Shown here: positions 1-10,386 of the stretch, one piece after another
Layout of the letters: the number at the start of each line of letters is the position of its first letter
How positions within the stretch are numbered: the stretch's first letter is position 1
Source: an uncultured Acidobacteriota bacterium
GTDB taxonomy: Bacteria > Acidobacteriota > Blastocatellia > RBC074
Length of the DNA stretch: 64,000 nucleotides
Assembly (NCBI GenBank): GCA_963796275.1
Contig: CAWCKY010000003.1
Coordinates: 800,001 to 864,000 of the forward strand
Direction of reading: 5' to 3'
Made by a program: the position numbers and the translations under genes
The notes under the pieces: generated by a model
What the model was told of the DNA's origin: nothing
Databases searched by the model: none
The model's input: the letters and a program-made list of their open reading frames with translations, nothing else

Positions 1-2
1 AA

Positions 3-257
3 GCTCCGGGTGCAGCGGGACAGGTCATCAATCTCGGCCTCAACCAGCGTACCACGCTCAATCAAGTGCTGGACGAACTGCAGAAGATCATCGGGACCAA
101 TCTCACCCCACGTTATGAATCTCCTCGGATCGGAGACATCCGGCATTCCCTGGCCGAAACCACGAGAGCTGAAAAATTGCTCGGGTTTAAACCGGTCGTC
201 GGCCTGACCGAGGGTTTGCGTTATACGGTCGAGTGGTATCGCGAAAATGAGTTGTGA
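3..257 (+). CDS. NAD-dependent epimerase/dehydratase, C-terminal part (runs off the left edge)
   Basis: Frame is open from base 3: GQVINLG...PRIGDIRHSLAETTRAEKLLGFKP..LTEGLRYTVEWY, the typical extended-SDR C-terminus. Confidence 0.85.
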   Translation, partial: APGAAGQVINLGLNQRTTLNQVLDELQKIIGTNLTPRYESPRIGDIRHSLAETTRAEKLLGFKPVVGLTEGLRYTVEWYRENEL

Positions 258-1377
258 AAATGATCGCGCACAGCGGATTGCTGTTTGCCGATGGTGGATT
301 GTAGGATTGCTCTTGATGTCAGGACACGCATATAAATTCCGGTCACAGCGCGAAAGGCGAACAGGGAACAACCAGGAAAAAAAGCGTCAAATAGGGCAAA
401 AAAGCTTGAATCTTTGCCTCATTTGTCTTTTTTTGCCATTTTTATTTCCCGTCCAGATTTATGGCGGCATAAGGGCGGTGGCGCAAAAGCAACGCGTGAG
501 TTATGGCCCCATCGTGACCGCTTATCTGACCGGCTTGGCTGAGGAGTTGAATGAGCTCGATTTTCAACTGAGACATCGGGAAATCAGCCGCTCATATCAT
601 GACCGGTCCAAGCGACGATTGGTGATTCTGCGCCGATATACCGAGCGTCTCGCCGCACTAAGCATAGAAGACCGGGTGCCTGAACTTCAGATACTTGCAG
701 ATGAAGAGTTGGGGATGATGGGACCGAACGCCAAACGGAATCCGGGCGAATTGCAGGTGGGCGACTATTTCGAGAGCGAATGGAAGATTCTCGGGATCGA
801 ACGCGGGCGGATTCGTTTTTTCGTCTTCGGCAGAAACGCGCAACCGGAGCGAGCATACGCGATGACGGATCGTATGATGAACAGAAAGATCGATCCGCAA
901 GAGGTAATCGAGACGATCGTAATCCAGGAACCGCAATTGCCCCAGGCTGGGCGGCAACCGCAGCCGGAACCCCGGTCGAGCGCTGCACAGGCAATCGACC
1001 AGGAAAAGACGCTTGCGCTGGCAAGTAAAGGCGAGACGATCGGACAAACGCGCCTGCAGACTCTCCGTGTAATCTACATATACCTGCCTCAATACACGGA
1101 TAAAGCCCGTAATAGAAGTATCGAAGGAGATCTGGTCCTACACGCTTTATTTCAAAGCGACGGAAGTATCAGCGAGGTCAAGGTTGAAAAAGGGCTGGGG
1201 TACGGTCTGGATCAAAGGGCGGTCGACGCCGTCAAGCGGATAGGATTTATCCCCGCGCAACTGGATGGTAAGGCTGTCGATGCTCACGCGCAAATAGTCT
1301 ACACTTTTAAAATCGAGAAAGTCACTTTCAACCTCAACCTGGAAGGGAAATCATCGACGCCGGACGTCAAGCCGTGA
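247..1377 (+). CDS. TonB C-terminal domain protein (start uncertain, possibly downstream)
   Basis: C-terminal PQYTDKAR..IEGDLVL..DGSISEVKVEKGLGYGLDQRAVDAVKRIGFIPAQLDG; hydrophobic segment near the N-terminus; Pro/Gln linker. Confidence 0.8.
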   Translation: MSCENDRAQRIAVCRWWIVGLLLMSGHAYKFRSQRERRTGNNQEKKRQIGQKSLNLCLICLFLPFLFPVQIYGGIRAVAQKQRVSYGPIVTAYLTGLAEELNELDFQLRHREISRSYHDRSKRRLVILRRYTERLAALSIEDRVPELQILADEELGMMGPNAKRNPGELQVGDYFESEWKILGIERGRIRFFVFGRNAQPERAYAMTDRMMNRKIDPQEVIETIVIQEPQLPQAGRQPQPEPRSSAAQAIDQEKTLALASKGETIGQTRLQTLRVIYIYLPQYTDKARNRSIEGDLVLHALFQSDGSISEVKVEKGLGYGLDQRAVDAVKRIGFIPAQLDGKAVDAHAQIVYTFKIEKVTFNLNLEGKSSTPDVKP

Positions 1378-1394
1378 ATATAGGGGATGCCGGC

Positions 1395-2276
1395 ATGAGA
1401 GGTCTGTTCAAAAATTTGCCAAGGATTTGCCGGGAGCGGCAGTGGACGAGGCGTGATGTGATCAAAGTTTCTCTCGGCTCGGCCGCCGCTTTCGGGGCCG
1501 GTAGTCTTGCTTACGGGGCGCTGGTCAGAAAAAATGTCGAGGTTTCACGCGTCGAAGTGAGAGTTACAAATCTTCCCGGCGCATTCAATGGCCTGACTAT
1601 TGCCCAATTGAGCGATATCCACCATGGACCGTATACAGCGCTCGATTACATCGGCCACTGCGTCGAGCTCGTCAATGGATTGAATCCTGACGTGATCACG
1701 CTCACTGGCGACTTCACATTTGGGGGAAAAAGATACATCGAGCCATGCGTCGAGGCGCTCAAAACACTGAAGGCCCGCGTCGGAGTCTATGCCGTCCTGG
1801 GCAACCATGATTACTATGTGGGTGCCGGAAATGTCGCGCGCGCTTTGAAAGGCCGCGGATTCAACCTGCTCATCGATGCGAAGGACCGAATCGAAATGGG
1901 CGGGGCGAAATTGTGGTTGCTTGGAGTGGACGATCTGCTCTACGGCCGGACCGATGTCAACCGATTGATGCGAGGACTGCCCGATGATGAACCAAGGATC
2001 GCGTTCTCGCATAATCCCGATTTCATCGAGGAGTTCGCGATCAAGAAGAAACATATCGATCTGATGATCTCGGGACACACGCATGGCGGTCAGATCCGTT
2101 TTCCCATTATCGGCGCGCCGCACATTTCGTCCGCATACGGCCAGCGGTATGCCATCGGGTTGAACAGGAAGGGGGCGATGCAGGTCTACACGACGCGCGG
2201 CATCGGAACGATCTTGTTACCCGCGCGCTTGAACTGTCCTCCGGAACTCGTTTTATTCACCCTGAAGGCGGCATAA
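1395..2276 (+). CDS. Calcineurin-like metallophosphoesterase (YkuE/YaeI type) with Tat-like signal
   Basis: DIH, GDF, GNHD, SHNPD and GHTHGGQ motifs; TRRDVIK twin-arginine-like N-terminus. Confidence 0.9.
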   Translation: MRGLFKNLPRICRERQWTRRDVIKVSLGSAAAFGAGSLAYGALVRKNVEVSRVEVRVTNLPGAFNGLTIAQLSDIHHGPYTALDYIGHCVELVNGLNPDVITLTGDFTFGGKRYIEPCVEALKTLKARVGVYAVLGNHDYYVGAGNVARALKGRGFNLLIDAKDRIEMGGAKLWLLGVDDLLYGRTDVNRLMRGLPDDEPRIAFSHNPDFIEEFAIKKKHIDLMISGHTHGGQIRFPIIGAPHISSAYGQRYAIGLNRKGAMQVYTTRGIGTILLPARLNCPPELVLFTLKAA

Positions 2277-2395
2277 GCGGGTTCAGTTTTCAATTTCGAG
2301 TATACGGATGTAAGAATGTATCTGAAGTCTTAAATTGAAAAAGCTGTAGACTGAAATCCATTCTGAGAAGTTCTGAGAATATCTGGGAAGAAAAG

Positions 2396-2731
2396 ATGGG
2401 TCTATTAACGCAAAACGAAGTTTACGAAGAGATCGCCAATGCTCAATCCGAAGGTCGCAAGATTGCGGTCGCTACGATCGTAACCACCTCCGGGTCGACG
2501 CCGCAGCGTACTGGCGCAAAACTGCTGGTCTTCGAAGATGGGAAGATGAAGGGGACCGTCGGTGGCGGTTGTGTGGAGGCAGACGTCTGGGCGGAGGCGC
2601 GCGAAGCGCTGATTCAAGCGAAGCCTCGGCTGTCACGGTTCACCTTACGCGATGCGCCGGATGTGCCGCCGGATGAAGAAGGGATGATCTGCGGCGGCGA
2701 TATGGAAGTGTTCATCGAGGTTTGGGTTTAG
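2396..2731 (+). CDS. XdhC/CoxI family protein (stand-alone N-terminal domain)
   Basis: GSTPQRTGAKLLV, GTVGGGCVE and GMICGG motifs. Confidence 0.9.
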   Translation: MGLLTQNEVYEEIANAQSEGRKIAVATIVTTSGSTPQRTGAKLLVFEDGKMKGTVGGGCVEADVWAEAREALIQAKPRLSRFTLRDAPDVPPDEEGMICGGDMEVFIEVWV

Positions 2732-2733
2732 TT

Positions 2734-3585
2734 ATGTTGACGGCAGCCGAAATTTCATCTGCGCTCAAGCGATCTCTTGATGAAGGACATTCACTCGCCA
2801 TCATCACTCTGATGGAGGGGGAGGCAGCGTCTGCTCGGCGGAATGCGCGCCTGCTGGTAGAGGAAGGGGGCGAAATCAGGGGCGGGACGCTGGGCGACCG
2901 GGAGCTGGACCAAATAGCGGCGCGCCACGCGCACGAGCTGATTGGCGACGAAAAAGAGGAGATAAGCGTCGCCAAATGCAGCGATTTGATCGCACGGTTT
3001 TCGCAAGAATATGATGGCGACGTGCTCAAGCGTTTGGTCGGCGGCGATCGCCTGCTCTTTGAGATTTCACGGCCGCCGCTCGAATTGATCGTATGCGGCG
3101 GCGGTCACGTCGGACAGGCAGTCGCCAGGGCCGCTCGGTTTCTGGGGTTCAACGTGACGGTGATCGACGATCGGGCAGAATTCGCTTCGCGCGAGAAGTT
3201 TCCTGACCCGACCATACGATTGATCGCTGACGATTTTATCGCCGGGCTCCGCTCGTTGAAGATAACGCCTGCCGCACATCTCGTCATCGTCACGCGCGGG
3301 CACAAGCATGACGAAATCTGTCTCAGGGAAGTGATCGGCAAACCTGCGCGATATATCGGCATGATCGGCAGCCGCCGGCGCACGACGACCATCCGTGAGC
3401 ATCTGCGCCGCGAGGGTATGGCGGCCGAGCTATTGCGCGGCATTCGCTCGCCCATCGGATTGGATATCGGTGCGCAGACTCCCGAAGAGATTGCCATCTC
3501 AATACTGGGCGAGATCGTGCTGGTGCGACGTGGCGGAAGCGGAAAACCGAAAAGCGAGGAAGGCCCGATGGCTCGCGTGCGTTGA
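2734..3585 (+). CDS. XdhC/CoxF family molybdenum-cofactor insertion protein
   Basis: CGGGHVG Rossmann motif, VTRGHKHD, YIGMIGSRRR, SPIGLDIGAQTPEEIAISILGEI. Confidence 0.9.
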   Translation: MLTAAEISSALKRSLDEGHSLAIITLMEGEAASARRNARLLVEEGGEIRGGTLGDRELDQIAARHAHELIGDEKEEISVAKCSDLIARFSQEYDGDVLKRLVGGDRLLFEISRPPLELIVCGGGHVGQAVARAARFLGFNVTVIDDRAEFASREKFPDPTIRLIADDFIAGLRSLKITPAAHLVIVTRGHKHDEICLREVIGKPARYIGMIGSRRRTTTIREHLRREGMAAELLRGIRSPIGLDIGAQTPEEIAISILGEIVLVRRGGSGKPKSEEGPMARVR

Positions 3586-3842
3586 CCGCAGATTACTGCT
3601 TAGGATCCGCGCCGAACAGGCGAAAACTCAGAAATCAAATCTTTCGTGTGTTGTTGCACTTTGGCGACTTGCGCGGGCGCGCATCTTAATCATAATCCGT
3701 CATTAGTAGGCCGCAATCAACTGGCAACGAAATAGGGTTTCGGTTAGTATTGGTATGGTTCATCACACTTATTCAAGTGGTTGAACGGTTTGAACATAAT
3801 GAGTAACAAAAAAATTGAAAAGAGAGAGAGGCGATTCGGTAA

Positions 3843-4190
3843 ATGGACAACAATATCCAAAACTCCCAAAACGTACAGGACGGGTTCTTGAATAACCTGC
3901 GCAAAGATCGCGTCAATGTGACGATCTACTTGATGGGAGGCGTAAAACTAACGGGCAAGATTCGCAGCTTCGATAAATTCTCCCTCGTGCTTGAATCGGG
4001 GAATCTTGAACAATTGATATTCAAGCATGCGATCTCGACGATCTCCGTGCCACGAGGAAGTTTCCATCACGCGCGACCCGAGAGTCACCAACAACAGTCG
4101 CAACAGCCGGCATCACCTGCTCCTGCATCGCCGGCAACGCCGACCTCGACTGTCGGAGGGGGTTCTTCATCGGCCATTTCGGGGAGCTAG
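3843..4190 (+). CDS. hfq: RNA chaperone Hfq
   Basis: [38 protein letters not shown]. Confidence 0.97.
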   Translation: MDNNIQNSQNVQDGFLNNLRKDRVNVTIYLMGGVKLTGKIRSFDKFSLVLESGNLEQLIFKHAISTISVPRGSFHHARPESHQQQSQQPASPAPASPATPTSTVGGGSSSAISGS

Positions 4191-4229
4191 GCGGATAATT
4201 TGAACGGGTTCCCGGCGGGAAGTATTCCG

Positions 4230-4268
4230 AGAGCTTCAGTCAGATCAATCCAGTCTGGCTGAAGCTCT
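4230..4268 (+). terminator. Stem-loop between hfq and tmk
   Basis: AGAGCTTCAGTCAGA...TCTGGCTGAAGCTCT inverted repeat. Confidence 0.45.
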
Positions 4269-4279
4269 TGTTATGTAGG

Positions 4280-4942
4280 ATGAAACGCGGCAAGCTGATC
4301 ACATTCGAAGGCATCGACGGTTGCGGAAAATCAACGCAAATCCGATTGCTCGGGCAATATCTGAACGAGCGCGCGCTTGACTTCATTGCGACTTGCGAGC
4401 CGGGTGGAACCGAGCTGGGCAGGGAGATTCGTTCGGCATTGCTCGATGGAGCTCAAGGTTCAGTCGAGCCGTCAGCTGAGCTTCTTCTTTATGCCGCCGA
4501 TCGCGCCCAGCACGTGCGCCGAGTAGTTCACCCCGCGCTCGATGCCGGCGTCATGGTACTGAGCGACCGCTTTTACGATGCGACCACTGTCTATCAGGGC
4601 TACGTGCGCGGTTTCGATTTGGGGTTTGTCCGCCAGTTGAACGAATTTGCAGCCGGCGGCCTAAAACCCGATTTGACGCTGCTCTTCGACCTGGATGTCG
4701 AAGATGGGATCCGCCGTACGCAAAAACGAGTCGATGAAACGAAGGGCGCAGGTACGCCGGACCGCTTGGACCGCGAGCCCCCGGAATTTCACAGGCGCGT
4801 GCGCCATGCCTACCTCGAGATAGCTGCGCTGGAACCGCAGCGGTTCCGCGTCATCCCAGCCGGCGGATCGATAGAAGCGACATACGAATTGATGATCAGG
4901 GAATATGTCATTCACGAAACTCATCGGCAACGAGCGCAATAA
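4280..4942 (+). CDS. tmk: Thymidylate kinase
   Basis: ITFEGIDGCGKST P-loop, EPGGT, LLYAADRAQH, SDRF. Confidence 0.96.
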   Translation: MKRGKLITFEGIDGCGKSTQIRLLGQYLNERALDFIATCEPGGTELGREIRSALLDGAQGSVEPSAELLLYAADRAQHVRRVVHPALDAGVMVLSDRFYDATTVYQGYVRGFDLGFVRQLNEFAAGGLKPDLTLLFDLDVEDGIRRTQKRVDETKGAGTPDRLDREPPEFHRRVRHAYLEIAALEPQRFRVIPAGGSIEATYELMIREYVIHETHRQRAQ

Positions 4943-5894
4943 ACAGATTCTGCAGCGGCTGCTCGGCCGCGGAAGCATTGCGTCGACTTTGATCTTTTCA
5001 GGGCCTGAGGGAGTCGGGAAACGCCAATTCGCGCTAACTATGGCTAAGGCCGCAAACTGTCAGAATGCGCCAGCCGGCCGGTTCGCGATCGACAGTTGCG
5101 ATACGTGTTCGGCGTGCCGCCGCATCGATGAGGCGACTTATGGCGATGTGATCACAGTTGAGCCCGACGGCCAATCGATCAAGATCGCTCAGACGCGCGC
5201 GCTGACATCGGAGGTCTACTATCGGCCGCGCGAAGGGCGACAGCGGTTTTTCATCATCGATGAAGCCGACCGTTTGCGCGATGAATCCGCCAATTCGATA
5301 CTCAAAACCCTCGAAGAACCGCCGCCGACATCGACCATCATCCTGCTCACTTCGCGGCCCGATGCCTTGTTGTCGACTATCCGGTCGAGAGCGCAAAGAT
5401 TGACGTTCATTCCGCTCACGGTTGCCGAGATTGAGAACTATCTCAAGCAAAACTATGCGCGTCCGGCGGATGAAACGAAACTGCTCGCACGTTTGACCGA
5501 GGGCCGCATCGGTCAGGCCACCGCATTCGATCTGTCTGTTTATCGACAGGAGCGCCGCGCATTGCTGGGGATGATCGAACTGATGATAGCGGGCGAAGAT
5601 CTTTTTCGTCTGCTCAAGGCCGCGGAGTATTTAGGCAAGAAGGAGAAAGACGATTTCGAGAAGGCGCTTGATTTACTGGCGTCACTATTGCGGGATATGT
5701 TCCTGCTGGCGGCTGGCGGTTCGCGTGACGCGATAACGAATATCGATGCCGCCGACCGGTTGGAGGAACTCGCGCCGAAGATCGAACTGAAGCGGCTGAT
5801 CGGCTGGGTCGCAAAATTCGACGAGCTGCGCGCAAAGATGAAGATCAACATCAATCGGCAGATCGCCACTGAAGCGCTGCTGCTTGAGTCGTGA
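4905..5894 (+). CDS. holB: DNA polymerase III delta-prime subunit
   Basis: GPEGVGK, Cys zinc module, ANSILKTLEEPP, LLSTIRSR; follows tmk. Confidence 0.94.
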   Translation: MSFTKLIGNERNKQILQRLLGRGSIASTLIFSGPEGVGKRQFALTMAKAANCQNAPAGRFAIDSCDTCSACRRIDEATYGDVITVEPDGQSIKIAQTRALTSEVYYRPREGRQRFFIIDEADRLRDESANSILKTLEEPPPTSTIILLTSRPDALLSTIRSRAQRLTFIPLTVAEIENYLKQNYARPADETKLLARLTEGRIGQATAFDLSVYRQERRALLGMIELMIAGEDLFRLLKAAEYLGKKEKDDFEKALDLLASLLRDMFLLAAGGSRDAITNIDAADRLEELAPKIELKRLIGWVAKFDELRAKMKININRQIATEALLLES

Positions 5895-5984
5895 GGAAGT
5901 ACGAAACTCATAAAATTGCCAAAAATCCGCAAAAATTAAGCGAACCTGCGGAGTGAAATGCCACGGTATTTATCGGCCGGCTCC

Positions 5985-6014
5985 TTGACAACATAAGGCA
6001 ATGGTCTTTATGCT
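5985..6014 (+). promoter_or_regulatory. Putative sigma-70 promoter of the ffh-rpsP operon
   Basis: TTGACA-N18-TATGCT about 70 bp upstream of the ffh start. Confidence 0.6.
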
Positions 6015-6081
6015 CTATCTTTTGCGCCCAGCGCAATTTCCATGACTTATTGCATGACTATGCAGACTGATTGATCGACCC

Positions 6082-7488
<1,407 letters not shown>

Positions 7489-7603
7489 ATATACAGATTA
7501 CGGATGGGGAATCCGTCTTCCGCAATCTGTAAGCAAAAGCTAGCCTCTACCGAGGCACTCAACTATAATTTATACGCCCTATAACGTTTGGAGGTAATTT
7601 ACC

Positions 7604-7879
7604 TTGTTAGCGATTAGATTGACACGACAAGGAGCGAAGAAGAAGCCGTTTTATCGGGTGGTTGTGGCAGAAAAGCGCGCCAAGCGTGATGGCCGCTTCG
7701 TCGAAATTGTGGGCCATTACAATCCCTGCCGCGAACCGGCGCAGTTGGAGCTGAAGCTCGATCGCATCAGTTATTGGATTAAATGTGGCGCGCAGCCGAC
7801 CGATACGGTTAAGAACCTGATCCGCAAGAGCGAACTACAGCGGCAAATTATCCAGAGTCCGGCGGAGAGCGCTGAATGA
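7604..7879 (+). CDS. rpsP: 30S ribosomal protein S16
   Basis: [32 protein letters not shown]; TTG start after GGAGG. Confidence 0.98.
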   Translation: MLAIRLTRQGAKKKPFYRVVVAEKRAKRDGRFVEIVGHYNPCREPAQLELKLDRISYWIKCGAQPTDTVKNLIRKSELQRQIIQSPAESAE

Positions 7880-8106
7880 AAGAGCTTGTTGAGTTGATTG
7901 CAATATCTCTGGTCGATTACCCCGATAAGGTGAAAGTCAAAGAGATCGAGGGTGATCAGGCCACGGTGCTCGAGCTGCGCGTCGCTGATGGCGACCTGGG
8001 GAAGGTGATCGGCAAACAGGGGCGCACTGCGCGCGCGATTCGCACGGTCCTCAACGCTTCCGGAATAAAGCTCAAGAAACGATTCGTGCTTGAGATTCTA
8101 GAATGA
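7876..8106 (+). CDS. khpA: KH-domain RNA-binding protein KhpA/YlqC
   Basis: [17 protein letters not shown]; lies between rpsP and rimM. Confidence 0.93.
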   Translation: MKELVELIAISLVDYPDKVKVKEIEGDQATVLELRVADGDLGKVIGKQGRTARAIRTVLNASGIKLKKRFVLEILE

Positions 8107-8675
8107 GCGCCTCGCCCTTATTGCCAGTTGCAATGACCGGGCCCGCCGAGGTTGAGGAACTGATCAGCGTCGCTCGGATCGTTCGCCCGCAGGGGAGGCG
8201 GGGAGAGGTGATAGCCGAACTCCTCACCGATTTCCCCGAACGATTCGCCAGGCTGGGGGACATGACTCTGAGATTCGCAACCGGTGAAACGAGGGTCATC
8301 CAACTCGAGAACTCTTGGCTTCACAAAGGACGGATAGTTTTAAAAATCGACGGCTACGAGAACATCAATCAAGCGGAAGAGCTGCGCGACGCTCTCATTC
8401 TGGTGACCCGAGACCAGCTGGTAGAATTGCCGGTTGATACATATTACGAATTTGATCTGGTTGACTGTGAAGTAATTACCCGAGACGCCCGCGAGGTCGG
8501 ACGCGTCAGCGGAATACAACGCTATGGCGCCGCCCCGCTGCTAGCCGTTCAGGACATCGAGAAACGCGAACATCTGATTCCACTCACACAAAACATTTGT
8601 GTCGAGATCGATGTGACGCGCAAACGGATAATCATCGATCCGCCTGATGGGTTACTTGAATTAATGGATAATTGA
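8103..8675 (+). CDS. rimM: Ribosome maturation factor RimM
   Basis: [35 protein letters not shown]; operon position. Confidence 0.95.
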   Translation: MSASPLLPVAMTGPAEVEELISVARIVRPQGRRGEVIAELLTDFPERFARLGDMTLRFATGETRVIQLENSWLHKGRIVLKIDGYENINQAEELRDALILVTRDQLVELPVDTYYEFDLVDCEVITRDAREVGRVSGIQRYGAAPLLAVQDIEKREHLIPLTQNICVEIDVTRKRIIIDPPDGLLELMDN

Positions 8676-8730
8676 TAGTTGATATTCTTTCAGTTGTAAG
8701 TTTTTTTGCTGATCGAAATTAATTGCACAG

Positions 8731-8919
8731 CCTCTTCGCCGCGTTAGCGGCGGTTGATTCTAGCCATGGGTTTTAACCCACGGTAGGCTTGAAGGATATT
8801 ACCGCGTCGCGTTAGCGACGCCTGAATTCAACCGTCGCTGACGCGACGTGAAAAAATTTACTGCCACCGTGGGTTAAAACCCACGGCTACAATCAACCGC
8901 CGCTAACGCGGCGAAGAGG
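8731..8919. repeat. REP/REPIN-like nested palindromic element (189 bp)
   Basis: About 54-bp outer arms with 2 mismatches, containing the GTAG-CCGTGGGTTTTAACCCACGG hairpin; inner inverted repeat CGTCGCGTTAGCGACG...CGTCGCTGACGCGACG. Confidence 0.85.
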
Positions 8920-8975
8920 TTTTTCAGTCACTAATAGTTTTTAGTTTTTTGCCAACTGTTGACACCGACTTTACG

Positions 8976-9000
8976 AACTATCAACTATCAACTATCAATT
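8976..9000 (+). repeat. Heptamer tandem repeat (AACTATC)x3
   Basis: Directly visible; complementary to ATTGATAGTTGAT at about 8671. Confidence 0.75.
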
Positions 9001-9007
9001 CTCTTAT

Positions 9008-9760
9008 ATGCGTTTCGACGTATTGACCATTTTTCCGGATTTTTTTACGGGGCCGTTCGATTTCGGAATAATACGGCGGGCGCGGCAGGAAGGCTTGATA
9101 GAGATCGTAATACACGATCTTCGCTCTTTTACATCAGATAAACATCACGTCGTTGACGATCGGCCTTTCGGCGGCGGTGATGGGATGGTTTTGAAACCGG
9201 AACCGATCTTTCGCGCGGTTGAATCGTTGATGGCAGCCGGTAGTCGGGAGGAAGGCGAGAAGCGCGTGGCGGTCGTCCTGCTTTCGCCACAGGGACATCT
9301 GTTCGATCAAAGTCGGGCGGCGTCTTTTGCTCGCGAATGCTCGCAGATGATATTGATTTGCGGAAGATACGAAGGCGTCGATGAGCGCGTCGCAGAGCAG
9401 CTGGTAACCGATGAGGTTTCGATCGGCGATTATGTGCTCACCGGTGGTGAAATCCCGGCGATGGCGATCGTGGATGCAGTTACTCGATTGCTGCCGGACG
9501 CTCTTGGCAGCGATACTTCGGCGGCGCACGATTCATTTTCGGTCAATTCCAGCGGATTGCTCGATTATCCGCATTACACTCGCCCTGCCGATTTTCGAGG
9601 ATGGCAGGTGCCGGAAGTTTTGATAAGCGGGCATCATGGAGAGGTGGCCAGATGGAGGCGGCGAGCGGCGCTGCTCAAGACACTTAAGATGCGGCCCGAT
9701 CTGCTCCCAGATGCTGAGTTGAGTGATGAAGAACGACGATGGCTCTCGGAAAGGACTTGA
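9008..9760 (+). CDS. trmD: tRNA (guanine37-N1)-methyltransferase
   Basis: [41 protein letters not shown]. Confidence 0.98.
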   Translation: MRFDVLTIFPDFFTGPFDFGIIRRARQEGLIEIVIHDLRSFTSDKHHVVDDRPFGGGDGMVLKPEPIFRAVESLMAAGSREEGEKRVAVVLLSPQGHLFDQSRAASFARECSQMILICGRYEGVDERVAEQLVTDEVSIGDYVLTGGEIPAMAIVDAVTRLLPDALGSDTSAAHDSFSVNSSGLLDYPHYTRPADFRGWQVPEVLISGHHGEVARWRRRAALLKTLKMRPDLLPDAELSDEERRWLSERT

Positions 9761-9795
9761 GAGTTGAAATTTGAGATTTGATGAGGTGAGTGACA

Positions 9796-10179
9796 ATGAA
9801 CATACTTGATACCATTGATAAGGCTCAATTGAAGAGCAATATTCCTGATTTCATTCCGGGTGACACCGTTCGCGTCCACGTGCGGATCAAAGAGAGTGAG
9901 ACTAAAGAGCGGTTGCAGGCCTTTGAAGGCGTCGTGATCGCACGCAGAGGCAAAGGTGTGAGCGAGACAATCACTGTTCGCAAAACATCCTTCGGCGTCG
10001 GCGTCGAACGCATTTTCCCATTACATGCGACTATCATCGATCACATCGATGTGATCAAGCGCGGCCGCGTGCGACGCGCCAAACTCTATTTCCTGCGAGG
10101 ATTGCGTGGAAAGGCCGCGCGCATTCGCGAACGCGATACCCGTACACACGCTTCGGCTGCCGGCGGGAAGGAAAACTAG
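9796..10179 (+). CDS. rplS: 50S ribosomal protein L19
   Basis: [38 protein letters not shown]. Confidence 0.98.
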   Translation: MNILDTIDKAQLKSNIPDFIPGDTVRVHVRIKESETKERLQAFEGVVIARRGKGVSETITVRKTSFGVGVERIFPLHATIIDHIDVIKRGRVRRAKLYFLRGLRGKAARIRERDTRTHASAAGGKEN

Positions 10180-10386
10180 AGCGACTGGTGTTCAAATCAT
10201 ATTTTCTGATACCTGATAACTGTCACCTGAGACCGACAAATATTTCGACAGACTTCTCCGCTATATTGTTGGGAGAAGAGATATCCGTCCAGTCGGTTTC
10301 AGGTTTCATGCTAAAAGCTCTCACCGCAACCAAGATGCAGAGTAATTCGGTATAGGCCTTATCCAATTCGGGCTTTTTCTCGCCTG

